Source: a virus
Strand: one strand, 5' to 3'
IMG/VR virus record: IMGVR_UViG_3300038620_000086
Coordinates: 8,841-72,840 of that record
Length of the DNA: 64,000 nt
The number at the start of each line of letters is the position of its first letter. Within the stretch, counting starts at the first letter, position 1. Positions 37,661 to 47,531 of the stretch are shown piece after piece. Made by a program: the position numbers and the translations under genes. The notes below the pieces were generated by a model, which was given only the letters and a program-made list of their open reading frames with translations, did no database searches and was not told the origin of the DNA.

Positions 37661-38108
37661 GGGTTAAACTCTCCTGTCTTACTGTTGCTTCACCTTTAAT
37701 TTGATACTGTAATGTCACCTCAACTGTATCGGGTTGAGTGGAATAAGCGCTGACTTCTATAATGTCTACACGTCCGTCTTTTTCCAAAGCAGAACGGATA
37801 GAGTCTTCTAAACTAGAGAGATTTGGATCTGATTGGGAAACAAAGAAAGCGCTGTTGTTTCCAAAACCTACCCCTACAGCTTTCCAGCCGCTAGGGTTTA
37901 AAACCCAACGAGCGTAGCCCCCAGTCGGTGTTAAAGCTCTACGAATTAAAGAGGTAACGATAGAATGTGTCCCCTCTACCGTGTTTATATCCCCAGAAGG
38001 ATTAATCTGAATGTCATAGTTGTTTGAGGGGTCGAGTGCTAGATCTTTTCCCGTGTCCTTGTAATCAAGTGTCGGCTCGGACTCTCGGTTAAATCGTCTT
38101 TCGATCAT
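37653..38108 (-). CDS. Baseplate wedge/sheath initiator (gp25/GPW-like)
   Basis: GDINTVEG...SLIRRALTP.G...GFG...ALEKDGRV; canonical position before J. Confidence 0.75.
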   Translation of the reverse strand: MIERRFNRESEPTLDYKDTGKDLALDPSNNYDIQINPSGDINTVEGTHSIVTSLIRRALTPTGGYARWVLNPSGWKAVGVGFGNNSAFFVSQSDPNLSSLEDSIRSALEKDGRVDIIEVSAYSTQPDTVEVTLQYQIKGEATVRQESLTLE

Positions 38109-38719
38109 AGAAAACTAATGGTTGGCTGCTGACATCCTTCCCCACATCCTAGTATTTTTTGTGGGGAGTTAAGAGACCAATCTCTCGACTTCAGCTTAAC
38201 TGGTATCATACTATCAAGGTCATAAAAGCTGACATATATAGTATATATCCCCTCCTTCCATTCCGCAGATCCGTTATATTGGCAAATACCTCTTGAAGAG
38301 GCATCATTTCCCTGAAGGATAGGAGACTCATCCTCTTCATCTTCATCAAACGACTGATAAGTGAGAGTCCACCCTAACGAACCGGCTGGGACGTCATTAA
38401 AGAGGGCGCATTCGGCATAAAGTTCCCCTAAATTCTTAGCCGACCAAGCCGATAGAGGTCGAGGAACATTGCTATAAGGAGTGACATTCTGCCGATAAAC
38501 AGACTGGAGAGTTTGGTCAACCGAACTCTTTAACCTAACAGGAACTCTTTTCCCATCGTCTAAAGCAACGCCAATCCCTTGCGGCAAAAACCTGAAGATC
38601 TGACCTTTAATGATGGTATCGTTTGTCTCAATTGTCACCAACCTACCATCCTGTTCAACTATTTCTAACTTCTCTGGGTCTGGAGAGTAAGCATTAGGGT
38701 CGAATGCTGGTTTAAACAT
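38105..38719 (-). CDS. Hypothetical baseplate-region protein (204 aa)
   Basis: ORF overlapping both neighbours. Confidence 0.7.
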   Translation of the reverse strand: MFKPAFDPNAYSPDPEKLEIVEQDGRLVTIETNDTIIKGQIFRFLPQGIGVALDDGKRVPVRLKSSVDQTLQSVYRQNVTPYSNVPRPLSAWSAKNLGELYAECALFNDVPAGSLGWTLTYQSFDEDEEDESPILQGNDASSRGICQYNGSAEWKEGIYTIYVSFYDLDSMIPVKLKSRDWSLNSPQKILGCGEGCQQPTISFL

Positions 38720-39761
38720 AGCTTTGCCTCCGTTGATAGTTCACAGAACCAGCTTTTTGGACTGAAGGTTGCTGTAGGGTAGGATTTCCATTAGCATCTG
38801 TATAAGTAGGCTGCCCTACTTTCTTGGCAGTTGGTTTGTGCTTGTAAGTGGGTAAGTCTTGAAAAGATTCATAACTTGACGAATAGGTCTGAGGGCTACT
38901 AGGAGCACCTTGAGTTGACGTGTTGATATAGACTATAGAACCATTAACGAATGTATTACCACTGGCTTCTGCTGTCAATGTTGCATTAGAGTAGTAGGTA
39001 GAGTCGCTCTTAGACTGAATTCCTACTTTTCCTTGTTTGGTTTGGACAAGCAGATCTCCTTTAGAACTAGCCAGGTTGAAAGACTGCTCCGTCAAAATAG
39101 AGGCAGCTCCGTATTGACCGTCTAGAGAAGTTTTGTCTGAGTGAAGTTTTTCTTTTCCCTGACCTACTTGAACTGAGAGGTAGTCTGAGTAAAGTCTTCG
39201 ATTTCCGACAGCACTTCGTTGGTTGGAGGCAGAATGGACGTCCCAGTCAGTGATATAAGTATTCTTGCGGTCTGATAGAAAGGTTAATGTTTTAGATGAA
39301 TTGATCCAAAGGTGGTTGTGTAAGACATGACCAACATCGGTCATCCGGTGATAGTAAGAACCGTAATCAATAATCTGAGAAGCCATCGACAGTCTAAGGG
39401 GCGTCTTAATTACCATCTCTTGATAGCTTTCTAGTCGGACTCGGTTTCCCCCTATCTGGTTGGTTCCAGAAACCGTATTATTGGAGTTTCCACCCGCAGG
39501 ATCGTTTTCATCAAGCTTGGACTGCTGAGATAGGTGGTCACCACTAGCACTTAGGAAAGGTTTGACATAAGATTCAATCCCTTCTACAGCTTCTTTAATG
39601 TCACTATGAATCTCCTTCAGGAGTTTTGTTTCAGATCGATGGGTTGTTAGCTGCTCAGAGATCCCTCTCTTAGCCTGAGATACGGCTACCCGAGAGGCAT
39701 TGAAAGCTTTCTGCGATTTCTCTTGTAGATCATAGGCGGTAGGGCGGTTCTGAATCGACAT
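38712..39761 (-). CDS. Putative baseplate spike beta-helix protein (gp5/gpV C-terminal-like)
   Basis: Short periodic beta strands (FNLASSKGDLLVQTKQGKVGIQSKS...LTAEASGNTFVNGSIVYIN) typical of spike C-termini; position in the baseplate cluster. Confidence 0.5.
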   Translation of the reverse strand: MSIQNRPTAYDLQEKSQKAFNASRVAVSQAKRGISEQLTTHRSETKLLKEIHSDIKEAVEGIESYVKPFLSASGDHLSQQSKLDENDPAGGNSNNTVSGTNQIGGNRVRLESYQEMVIKTPLRLSMASQIIDYGSYYHRMTDVGHVLHNHLWINSSKTLTFLSDRKNTYITDWDVHSASNQRSAVGNRRLYSDYLSVQVGQGKEKLHSDKTSLDGQYGAASILTEQSFNLASSKGDLLVQTKQGKVGIQSKSDSTYYSNATLTAEASGNTFVNGSIVYINTSTQGAPSSPQTYSSSYESFQDLPTYKHKPTAKKVGQPTYTDANGNPTLQQPSVQKAGSVNYQRRQSYV

Positions 39762-41199
39762 TTTGAGCCTCCATAATAGCAGAGTGGAACGATAAATCTT
39801 TTAAATCTTCAAGTGATCTAATTGGATCAGGTGTAACAACAAACGTATAACTGCTATCTACTTCCAGCGCAACCGATAAAATCTCATTTTTATCAGTAAT
39901 AGAGATAGGAATAGGATCTATCTTCCGAGATCCTTCACATAGATATCCTTCCACCGAGTCACCAATAGATCGAAATTCAATCTTAGCCTTATCTCTTACA
40001 ACACTAGGAACAGAAAGGATAACTAAAGGCTTTCCTTTTGGGGGACGAAGTGTTTTCCCAAATTTGGGAAGTTTGAGTTCTCTATCAGTTAGCCTTAACC
40101 AGCTTTCTTTATTTGGGTCTTTCCGGTAAGCTTTGTAATAAGATACAAGCCTATCAACATATTGACGGCTCGGATCTAACGTTAAAATGGAAGAACTGTT
40201 ATAAAGGGCGTCATGAATGAATGTTAGGTAGCCATAAAGCAGCTCTACATCCTTGTCACTCAAGTTGTCTTCCCACTCAGATAACGGTTGATACTTGTTT
40301 GAAGAAGAATCAACAAAAGTGGCAAGAAGAATGTAAGCATCAACAATTAGAGCTTGAAGTACAGTATCTATTCCAGCAGGAGGAGATAGTCTGAGAAACT
40401 TGGTTAGCTGTTTAACTATCCATTCTGCGTCCACTGATAAGAGTCCTCTACCAGCAGCAGTTTTGAAAACCGATATTAGCGGTGATCTGACCTGAATCCT
40501 AGGAATTCTCCACGCCAAGTTTGTCACTTCTCCTCGGAGAATCCCCGAACTAAGTAAGCGTTGTTTGAGGTCAAAGTTAGGGTCACCAACATCAAGGTCA
40601 TACAGTGCTGCTAACTCCCCTTGTACCTTTTCGGCAATATCTAAAGAATATCCCATCCTCCTCAAAAGAGTATCATACTTCCTTTCTAATGGTGTTTTGT
40701 GTAAGTCCAGTGATCGCCAAAATGTCTCTTGTTGACGTTTTATAATTGATATGACATCAGTGTCGGAGGGGATAGGATCTCGATTCAATAGAGAAAAGGC
40801 AACAGATCCTAGAAACCCGGCGTAGTAATAGTCCCGATAATCCTTATTTTCGTGCCAGAAGGCGGAGAAGTCATGACCTTTCCAGTAGGTTAGGGCTGCT
40901 GGTGTTAGCTCTTGGGCTTTTCCCCTACGATATTGGCAGTTAACTAGCGAATGAACTACTGCTTGGTTTATTGCCAAATCACGAAGGTTAACTGCTAGCT
41001 TCTCTTTAGATTCCCAGTAGGAGTTAAAGAATGCTTCCCCTAGCTTCCTATAATGCCGTTCAGCACGTTGCAAGTTATTACTTTGCCTCTTCCAGAAACG
41101 AGTTTTCTCTTCATCCCAGCTACCTGAGGCATGAAGTTCAGGAGGGATAGGAAGATGCGCTTTGTACTCACCCTTAATCTGGTCTGGTAGTCGTTTCAT
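39730..41199 (-). CDS. Hypothetical protein (489 aa)
   Basis: Long ORF overlapping both neighbours; no motif recognised. Confidence 0.7.
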   Translation of the reverse strand: MKRLPDQIKGEYKAHLPIPPELHASGSWDEEKTRFWKRQSNNLQRAERHYRKLGEAFFNSYWESKEKLAVNLRDLAINQAVVHSLVNCQYRRGKAQELTPAALTYWKGHDFSAFWHENKDYRDYYYAGFLGSVAFSLLNRDPIPSDTDVISIIKRQQETFWRSLDLHKTPLERKYDTLLRRMGYSLDIAEKVQGELAALYDLDVGDPNFDLKQRLLSSGILRGEVTNLAWRIPRIQVRSPLISVFKTAAGRGLLSVDAEWIVKQLTKFLRLSPPAGIDTVLQALIVDAYILLATFVDSSSNKYQPLSEWEDNLSDKDVELLYGYLTFIHDALYNSSSILTLDPSRQYVDRLVSYYKAYRKDPNKESWLRLTDRELKLPKFGKTLRPPKGKPLVILSVPSVVRDKAKIEFRSIGDSVEGYLCEGSRKIDPIPISITDKNEILSVALEVDSSYTFVVTPDPIRSLEDLKDLSFHSAIMEAQNVDSEPPYRL

Positions 41200-44100
41200 T
41201 GGCTAGTCTCCACTAAAAATGTAGTTTCACCGTAGACATATTGATATTGGAAATCAGGGGATAGTTCAAATGTTTCATTATCTATCCGTCGGTATTGGAA
41301 AGCCCCTGAGAACTCACTGACCTCTGAGAGTGGCTTTTTATTATAGATCCAAAACAGTTGAAAGCCGCCAAAAGCTGTTTGGATTGGTTCTGGAACAGTA
41401 AACTCTAGAGTCTGTCTTGTGTCAATAGTTACAGAATAGGGAAGATAATCCGTTATCTTGAAGTTGACCGTGTGGGTACTTACCTCATTTGCCATGTTAG
41501 TTGCTTTGACCTGATAAGTTCTTTCTTCATCGCTCGGCGGGTCATCGATGTCAAACTCTATAGTGTGTCTCCAATTACGATCTTCCCCTTCTATAGAAAT
41601 AGATTCCCCAACAGGAAGTGAGCTGTCTAACTCAAGGTTACTAATAGGCTCACTAAATTTAATATTAATTGGTTGCCTAACCCCCTCTGGGTCAGACTTA
41701 AACTCATTGTTCGTGATAGCTTCTATCTCAAGCGTCTCCTGATCAACCGAAACCTCGATCAACTTTTCGCTTTGGCTATCGTTTGCAGCTCTACGTAGCT
41801 TAACAGATACATTGAAATCGCCTTTAGAGAGGTTTGAACAGTTACTCTTCGGTGATAAGTCGAAAGAAAGGTTATTGTTTCTATCGATGGTTAACCCATT
41901 GGAGGAGACTTCAATGTCTGAATAGTCTCTTGCCTGAAGCTCTAAACCAGCAGTTTGGTCACATTTAATTGCCTCCTGGTTGTTGGGATAGGTAACATTA
42001 ACAGAGGAGAATGTCGGTGTTAGGTCATTAAGCCTTAACCTGTCAATTCCGAAGTCTTCTAAAGTGAAAGTCTGTGACCGATTGGCTGAATAGAATCTAA
42101 ACCTGGCTGACTTGTATGTAAGCGACTGAGTTCCCTCAGCGTTAACTCTTGAGGTAAAGAAAAAGCTCGTTCCGTTTACAGATTTCTCTTCTGCAAAGAG
42201 GGCACCGGAATCCTGAATTTCAACCGTTTGAATTGGTTCATTAGCCAGCACTCGGAAGGTGACCTCATCCCCAGTCTTTAGCTCGGTTTGCTCTCCTGGA
42301 TAGGGATCTATTATCTGGAGATTCTTGACAAGTGGTTCAGCTTTTTCCTCGGTTGGCTGCTGCGGTTGACTGCTTCTCTTAGCCATCTCTTTTTGAGGAA
42401 GGTCATCGATTGAGATCATCTCTTGTAAATCATGACCTCTCGGAGAGGCAAATGTTGCCCTAGCAACAGCAGATCGCAGCCTTTCATACTCAGTTCCTAA
42501 GGCATCTATGTTGCGACCTGTATTTTGGTAGATTAACTCCGTCATAGCGTCAGTGACAGCACCTTGTTTGAGAGATTGGTAAATTCCCCTGTTCTCTGGG
42601 TCTACCTCAGTTGCCCAATCTAACAAAGAGAAAGGATAGTCGAGAACTTCTTCAGAAGAAGGAGGAGAAGAGTTGGTACTGCTTTGGTTGAGAGGACTAG
42701 AAACCCCCTCTTCGGGAGGAGTAACTAAATCTAGCCATTCTTGAAGACCTTCGCAACAAATTCTTGTATTTACTATCTCTGCCGGTTCAAACCCACTGAT
42801 ATCGGCTTTTATATTGTAAGAAACAGTCTCTACAGTTCCACTACCAACCGCAGCTAAAAAGTCCATTAGGGCAAGAATGCTATCATGGCGGATTAGATCA
42901 TGTAGAGCCTGAGAGAGTTGACCAGCATAAAATATGCCGTAGCTGGCTAGTAAAGCGGCTAAATCTGAAGGAGGGAGGTCTTCTAATGCGGAGGAAGGAA
43001 TGTCTACAGTAGGATAACTTGTGACTTCATAACCTGGTGGTAGATCCCTTGCAACTTGAGATAGGTAATCTGTCTCTCCATCTGTTATGATACCTGCCTC
43101 CAATCCGACATTAGGACTCCCGTATTGTTTATACCCGTTGTTTTGGGCAAAAAGATTATCTAGAAAACTCTCCAAAAACGTATCGAACCGAAAAGCATCT
43201 CGATCGCGCCTTCCTATGTCAGGGTCAAACAAGTTCTCTAGTATTTCCTGACCATTGCAGGATTGAGAGGCGCCGCGACCTTCTCCAGACCCCGGTCGTG
43301 AGCGAGGGAACTTTGATAGCCTTGGTCGGCTAGGGAGACTAGACTTAGCAGCGTCGTTGGCTTTCTTGTTCTCTTGGGGAGATTCTGTAAGGGCAGGTTG
43401 GCTTTGAGCCTTGTCTTTTTTGCACTTTCCCTCCTGAATAAATATGGTTTCTCCTAAGACTGAGATCGATTTATCTTCACTGTTGTAGGTCACCGGTCCC
43501 AGAGAAACAGATTCAAAGTCAGAGGATACTCTCAGATTAAGAGGTGATGGGAAAAACCGCTTGCTGTTTTGGTTGACAACGGATGCTAACTTTCCCTTGT
43601 TGAGATTAACATTGCCACTTCCTAGATCCACATTAACCGGACCAACTGACAGCTTGTTTTTCTCATTGTTAAATCCAACATGGAGCGGTTCTGGTAATCC
43701 TTGGTTAAGTTCGTCAAGTGCATTGTTGGCGAGACTGGCTACCGATCCGTTTATAGAGACTGTTGAAGAACAAACTTCTTCGGAAGCACCAGGTCCGGCA
43801 GGACGAAGTTGGCAGTTTTTCTCCATGGAAAAGGGACCTATATCAAACTTTGGCTCACCTTCTAGAATAGAGTCAATATCAAACCGACCATAGTCTCCTA
43901 CTTCCAACACGCCTGTCTTAGTCAGACATAGCTGGAGATAAGGTGGAAGGGACTGGTTTAAAAGAGATAAACCCGCATTAGCAGCAACATATCCTAGGTT
44001 ATCTTCGCCAGCAACTGTTACTTTGCCAGTATTAGGGTTATACTTGAAAGGTCCAACACTAATACCGCCATTTTTCCCCGCTGATATTTGCATAAATCCG

Positions 44101-44966
44101 GGGAGAAACTCGTTTAAAGCTTCTAAAGCAGCTTGTTCTATTTTTTCCTGTAATTGTTCAAGACCTTCCTCTATTTCCTTGTTTCTTTTCTCTAGACACC
44201 GGTTCATCTCCTCTTGACGGCGGCGATCCTCTTCAGCCTCTTCTAGTTCTAGCTCTGCCTTACGCAAAGTCTGTTTTGCCGCCATCTCGTCCAGAGTATT
44301 GTGGGTGATTAGTCGAGTTCTCTTATCCAAGAACTTCCCACTTCTGGGATCAAATAAGGAGTTAGTCCTAGCAACCTGTTCCTTACTCTCTTCAACAAAA
44401 GACTCCGCTTCCTCTTTTATTGCCGTTTCTTTTTGCTTTGGAGAGTCAGATACACCGCTATCAGAGTTGGAATTGTCAACAACCTTAGGAAGGTCGGTTA
44501 AGTCCTTATAGATCTCTTTACCCACCAAAACCAGAGCATCTTCGGCTAAATTGAGCATATTAGCACTGGGGTTGGCTGCAAAGTCTGGATGCTGGGTAAG
44601 AGCATTCTCCCCTTCAATTGCCTCTGCAACTTCTGGTAGCCTGGCTCCAATGATCTCGTGAACCGGACCATTGATCAGCACCTGGTTTGTTGCACCAGTG
44701 TTCGGAAACTGAAGAGCAACGCGATCGCCGGGCTGGTATCGGGGGACTACCCCTGATCCCTCTACCCCCATAGATTTAGCAATTTGAAGCGTTGTAGAAC
44801 CATTAATATTTACTCTTGCGATATAGGTTCTTGTTCGGTCAGAGTAGGGTCCTTCCGAAACAATAATACCGACTGCCTGACCGTCTTTTCTAACTCGGTT
44901 TATTAATTTATTTTCTCTGCCAGGGAATCCACCCTGCCCTTTATGGATATTGAACGGATCAGCCAT
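41196..44966 (-). CDS. Multidomain baseplate protein: N-terminal gp5/gpV-like OB fold, coiled coil, internal repeats, C-terminal Ig-like module (1256 aa)
   Basis: AVGIIVSE...ARVNING...VVPRYQPGDRVALQF...VLING follows the spike OB-fold pattern; lies directly after the hub gene. Confidence 0.6.
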   Translation of the reverse strand: MADPFNIHKGQGGFPGRENKLINRVRKDGQAVGIIVSEGPYSDRTRTYIARVNINGSTTLQIAKSMGVEGSGVVPRYQPGDRVALQFPNTGATNQVLINGPVHEIIGARLPEVAEAIEGENALTQHPDFAANPSANMLNLAEDALVLVGKEIYKDLTDLPKVVDNSNSDSGVSDSPKQKETAIKEEAESFVEESKEQVARTNSLFDPRSGKFLDKRTRLITHNTLDEMAAKQTLRKAELELEEAEEDRRRQEEMNRCLEKRNKEIEEGLEQLQEKIEQAALEALNEFLPGFMQISAGKNGGISVGPFKYNPNTGKVTVAGEDNLGYVAANAGLSLLNQSLPPYLQLCLTKTGVLEVGDYGRFDIDSILEGEPKFDIGPFSMEKNCQLRPAGPGASEEVCSSTVSINGSVASLANNALDELNQGLPEPLHVGFNNEKNKLSVGPVNVDLGSGNVNLNKGKLASVVNQNSKRFFPSPLNLRVSSDFESVSLGPVTYNSEDKSISVLGETIFIQEGKCKKDKAQSQPALTESPQENKKANDAAKSSLPSRPRLSKFPRSRPGSGEGRGASQSCNGQEILENLFDPDIGRRDRDAFRFDTFLESFLDNLFAQNNGYKQYGSPNVGLEAGIITDGETDYLSQVARDLPPGYEVTSYPTVDIPSSALEDLPPSDLAALLASYGIFYAGQLSQALHDLIRHDSILALMDFLAAVGSGTVETVSYNIKADISGFEPAEIVNTRICCEGLQEWLDLVTPPEEGVSSPLNQSSTNSSPPSSEEVLDYPFSLLDWATEVDPENRGIYQSLKQGAVTDAMTELIYQNTGRNIDALGTEYERLRSAVARATFASPRGHDLQEMISIDDLPQKEMAKRSSQPQQPTEEKAEPLVKNLQIIDPYPGEQTELKTGDEVTFRVLANEPIQTVEIQDSGALFAEEKSVNGTSFFFTSRVNAEGTQSLTYKSARFRFYSANRSQTFTLEDFGIDRLRLNDLTPTFSSVNVTYPNNQEAIKCDQTAGLELQARDYSDIEVSSNGLTIDRNNNLSFDLSPKSNCSNLSKGDFNVSVKLRRAANDSQSEKLIEVSVDQETLEIEAITNNEFKSDPEGVRQPINIKFSEPISNLELDSSLPVGESISIEGEDRNWRHTIEFDIDDPPSDEERTYQVKATNMANEVSTHTVNFKITDYLPYSVTIDTRQTLEFTVPEPIQTAFGGFQLFWIYNKKPLSEVSEFSGAFQYRRIDNETFELSPDFQYQYVYGETTFLVETSQ

Positions 44967-44969
44967 GAT

Positions 44970-46892
44970 TTAAAACGGGGAGACTAATTGAATTTCTGTA
45001 TAGTAACCTTCTCTACCATCATTCAGCTTATGAACAATCGCTTCCGCGCGATAGATGCTCTCTGGATCAGCTTTGGTAAGGAAGTCAGAGTCACTATCTC
45101 CAGATCTCTCTCCTGTTATTATATCGTTGTTACTATCTGCCTCAGCCAGGTTATTTGCCTGCTGAGTTCCCTTTTCAAGAAGGTCTGGTATATCTCCGTC
45201 TCCACTCGATTGCCCTTGATTCCCCCTTGGAGTTTCCTGCTTTACTTCTTGCTGATCTGACATTCTATTCTCTTCGCGCTGGTCATAAAGCTCATTTTGC
45301 AGCTTTTTAATGTTTTTGTTGAGGATCTTTTGAGTTTCTAGAAAGCCCTTAATATCGTCCTCATAGTCTTTCCCACTTTTATCTTGGGTAATGGGAGATC
45401 CTCTAATCTGAAGGCATTCTCCTGGACTCCAAGTTGGATCCCCTTGTACAACCATCATACCGGAACGGGTGTCCCTAGAGAAGATCTGGGCAAAAGATGC
45501 TGCGATCGCAGCAGCCTCCTCTGGCGTGTCGATTAACTCGTCGTCTATTTGCTTATAGTATCGAGGGAGATGTCTGCCCTCGTAATAGCTAGGCAAAGCC
45601 TCAAAGTTAATTACGACAGAGTTCTTCGGATCCCCTGCTGAAGCGTTAGAAACAATATAGTTAGTCCGCACTGATAGGGAACTTCGCTCTTCTTTTAAGG
45701 TGATAATCTCCTGGCGAAGATCCATCTTTTCATCGCCCTTATCTGTGGCAATGCAATATTCTGGTCGGTAAAAATAGGTTCGATATAACCGTTCTTTGGC
45801 TTCCTCAGCATTTCCATTTACTAAGCCTTCTATTCCTGTTGTATCATTAAGCCGTGGCGTATAGTAAAAGCATCCGTTGAAGTGATCCTGAAATAGCTCA
45901 GTTGGGTAAACTTCATGCTGAGCCATGTATTTGATGTAGTCGATAGGTGTCTGGTTGGCTACGTTGATCCCCACTCCACCAATTGATTCATTAGCCATAC
46001 TAAATCCAGGACGGGTGACATATATGTGAAACTCTGGGTCTAAGGACGTATTTTTTTGGTTAGATGAAGATTCACTTTTGAGAAGGGGAGGTTGGTTCGC
46101 CTTAGAATTAGATCCTCCGTAGAAAAAGCGAGATATATTGGAAAGGTTGACATTATTTGGAACGCTAGTGGAGTAGTGATAGTTTGGATCCTCCAGCTTT
46201 CTGTCTTCACCTTTTGAAATATCGCTTATCACACCCCTGTATATACCACGGTCAACGTTATTTTGATCAGGTATATGACCAATGCCCCTTTGAGCGATCT
46301 CTAGAATCACTTCTGAACGAGGGATAATATCCTTTTCCTCCCCGGACATCAGTTCACTTACCATTAATCTACCAGGGCTAGCATCCTGAATGGCATTATA
46401 ACTAACCGTCGTATCCATAAGCCATTTCATGCGATCTCTTCCCTGAAGCGTTAAAGTATGACCACCTTGAGGCGAACCGACCCACTCTATAACATCTATA
46501 GATCCATAAAAGATCGTATTAGCTCCCTTATCTTCAGGATGATAATTAAATTCGTCAGAATACCCAGCTTGTATGAGTATGTCTTGATCTTGCTTTATGG
46601 GAGTTCCATCGTCAAGTAAGGGCTTTTCTGGAATGGGGCTCGTGATGTCTGGCTGGTGGCAAGAAAGGACAATATAAAAGGTGCTAGCATCCCAGAATCG
46701 GGTTATCATAATCCTGGCTTTTTGTATCTGCCAAGAAAGGTCTTTCCTATTAGAATTAGATGCTAATACAGCAAACTCGCCATTAACACTATCTATTCCA
46801 TAGAGTATAAAGACAGGAGTATCCCCCTGCCTTTGCTTCATGCTACTATGACCTAAGTCTTCTGAATAAATATCATACTTACCTTGTAACAT
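44970..46892 (-). CDS. Baseplate hub (gp27 / late control D / Mu gp44-like)
   Basis: IFYGSIDVIEW......TLTLQGRDRMKWLMDT, MVVQGDPTWSPGECLQI, YRAEAIVHKL...GYYTEIQL. Confidence 0.75.
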   Translation of the reverse strand: MLQGKYDIYSEDLGHSSMKQRQGDTPVFILYGIDSVNGEFAVLASNSNRKDLSWQIQKARIMITRFWDASTFYIVLSCHQPDITSPIPEKPLLDDGTPIKQDQDILIQAGYSDEFNYHPEDKGANTIFYGSIDVIEWVGSPQGGHTLTLQGRDRMKWLMDTTVSYNAIQDASPGRLMVSELMSGEEKDIIPRSEVILEIAQRGIGHIPDQNNVDRGIYRGVISDISKGEDRKLEDPNYHYSTSVPNNVNLSNISRFFYGGSNSKANQPPLLKSESSSNQKNTSLDPEFHIYVTRPGFSMANESIGGVGINVANQTPIDYIKYMAQHEVYPTELFQDHFNGCFYYTPRLNDTTGIEGLVNGNAEEAKERLYRTYFYRPEYCIATDKGDEKMDLRQEIITLKEERSSLSVRTNYIVSNASAGDPKNSVVINFEALPSYYEGRHLPRYYKQIDDELIDTPEEAAAIAASFAQIFSRDTRSGMMVVQGDPTWSPGECLQIRGSPITQDKSGKDYEDDIKGFLETQKILNKNIKKLQNELYDQREENRMSDQQEVKQETPRGNQGQSSGDGDIPDLLEKGTQQANNLAEADSNNDIITGERSGDSDSDFLTKADPESIYRAEAIVHKLNDGREGYYTEIQLVSPF

Positions 46893-46898
46893 ACCCGA

Positions 46899-47519
46899 TT
46901 AACCTAACTCGTCTGGGATCTGTGCCGAACCTTCTTCGCCGACGACTGCGTTTTCTTGAACAGCTTCTCCTCCAGAAGTAGAAGAGCTAAATTCGGAGGT
47001 TTTATCTTCAAAGTAGATTCCTTCAGCCATGCCTTCCCATTGCACTGGTACTATTCCGTTGTTACTGCCATCGGCTCCAAAACTTAGTACCTCAGTCTTG
47101 CAATAGGTAAGCATATAACGTCCTTTGGCTAGCCTGCCCTCTAAATCTCCTTCAAGCTCTTCTGGATTCATTTCGATGACAAGGGAGAAGCGAGGGTGAC
47201 GAGAAATCCGATCAGATCTTGTCATTCTTGCTCGGCTGCCATCCTCATTGAGTGAGTAGCCAAATGTTCGCTCGACTACCCTGGTATCAACCATTCCCCT
47301 TTGAAGTGTCCACTCAAAGGTAAGGGTTCCATCGAGCAAGCGAGGGATTCGAGAGTTAAGCGGGTTATAAGGTCTAGTTGCGTTCCTAACCGATGCCATA
47401 AAGGAGACAAAGCGACCAATTAAAGCTAACTCGCCAGTTCCTTGGTCAAGGAGGAACGCATCAACATCTTGCGACTGTAAAGGGTCGGCAAGAGCGTTGT
47501 TAATTGGAACAAAAGCCAT
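46899..47519 (-). CDS. Tail tube protein
   Basis: Directly after the sheath; 206 aa; strong RBS AAGGAGG; C-terminal VPVQWEGMAEGI tube-like ending. Confidence 0.75.
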   Translation of the reverse strand: MAFVPINNALADPLQSQDVDAFLLDQGTGELALIGRFVSFMASVRNATRPYNPLNSRIPRLLDGTLTFEWTLQRGMVDTRVVERTFGYSLNEDGSRARMTRSDRISRHPRFSLVIEMNPEELEGDLEGRLAKGRYMLTYCKTEVLSFGADGSNNGIVPVQWEGMAEGIYFEDKTSEFSSSTSGGEAVQENAVVGEEGSAQIPDELG

Positions 47520-47531
47520 ATTGTCCTCCTT

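Noticed and set aside
33933-43717. Extra palindrome half-sites GTTCGTCAA at 33933 and 43709
   Set aside because: Matches of 9-10 nt are too short to distinguish from chance, so they are not counted as copies.
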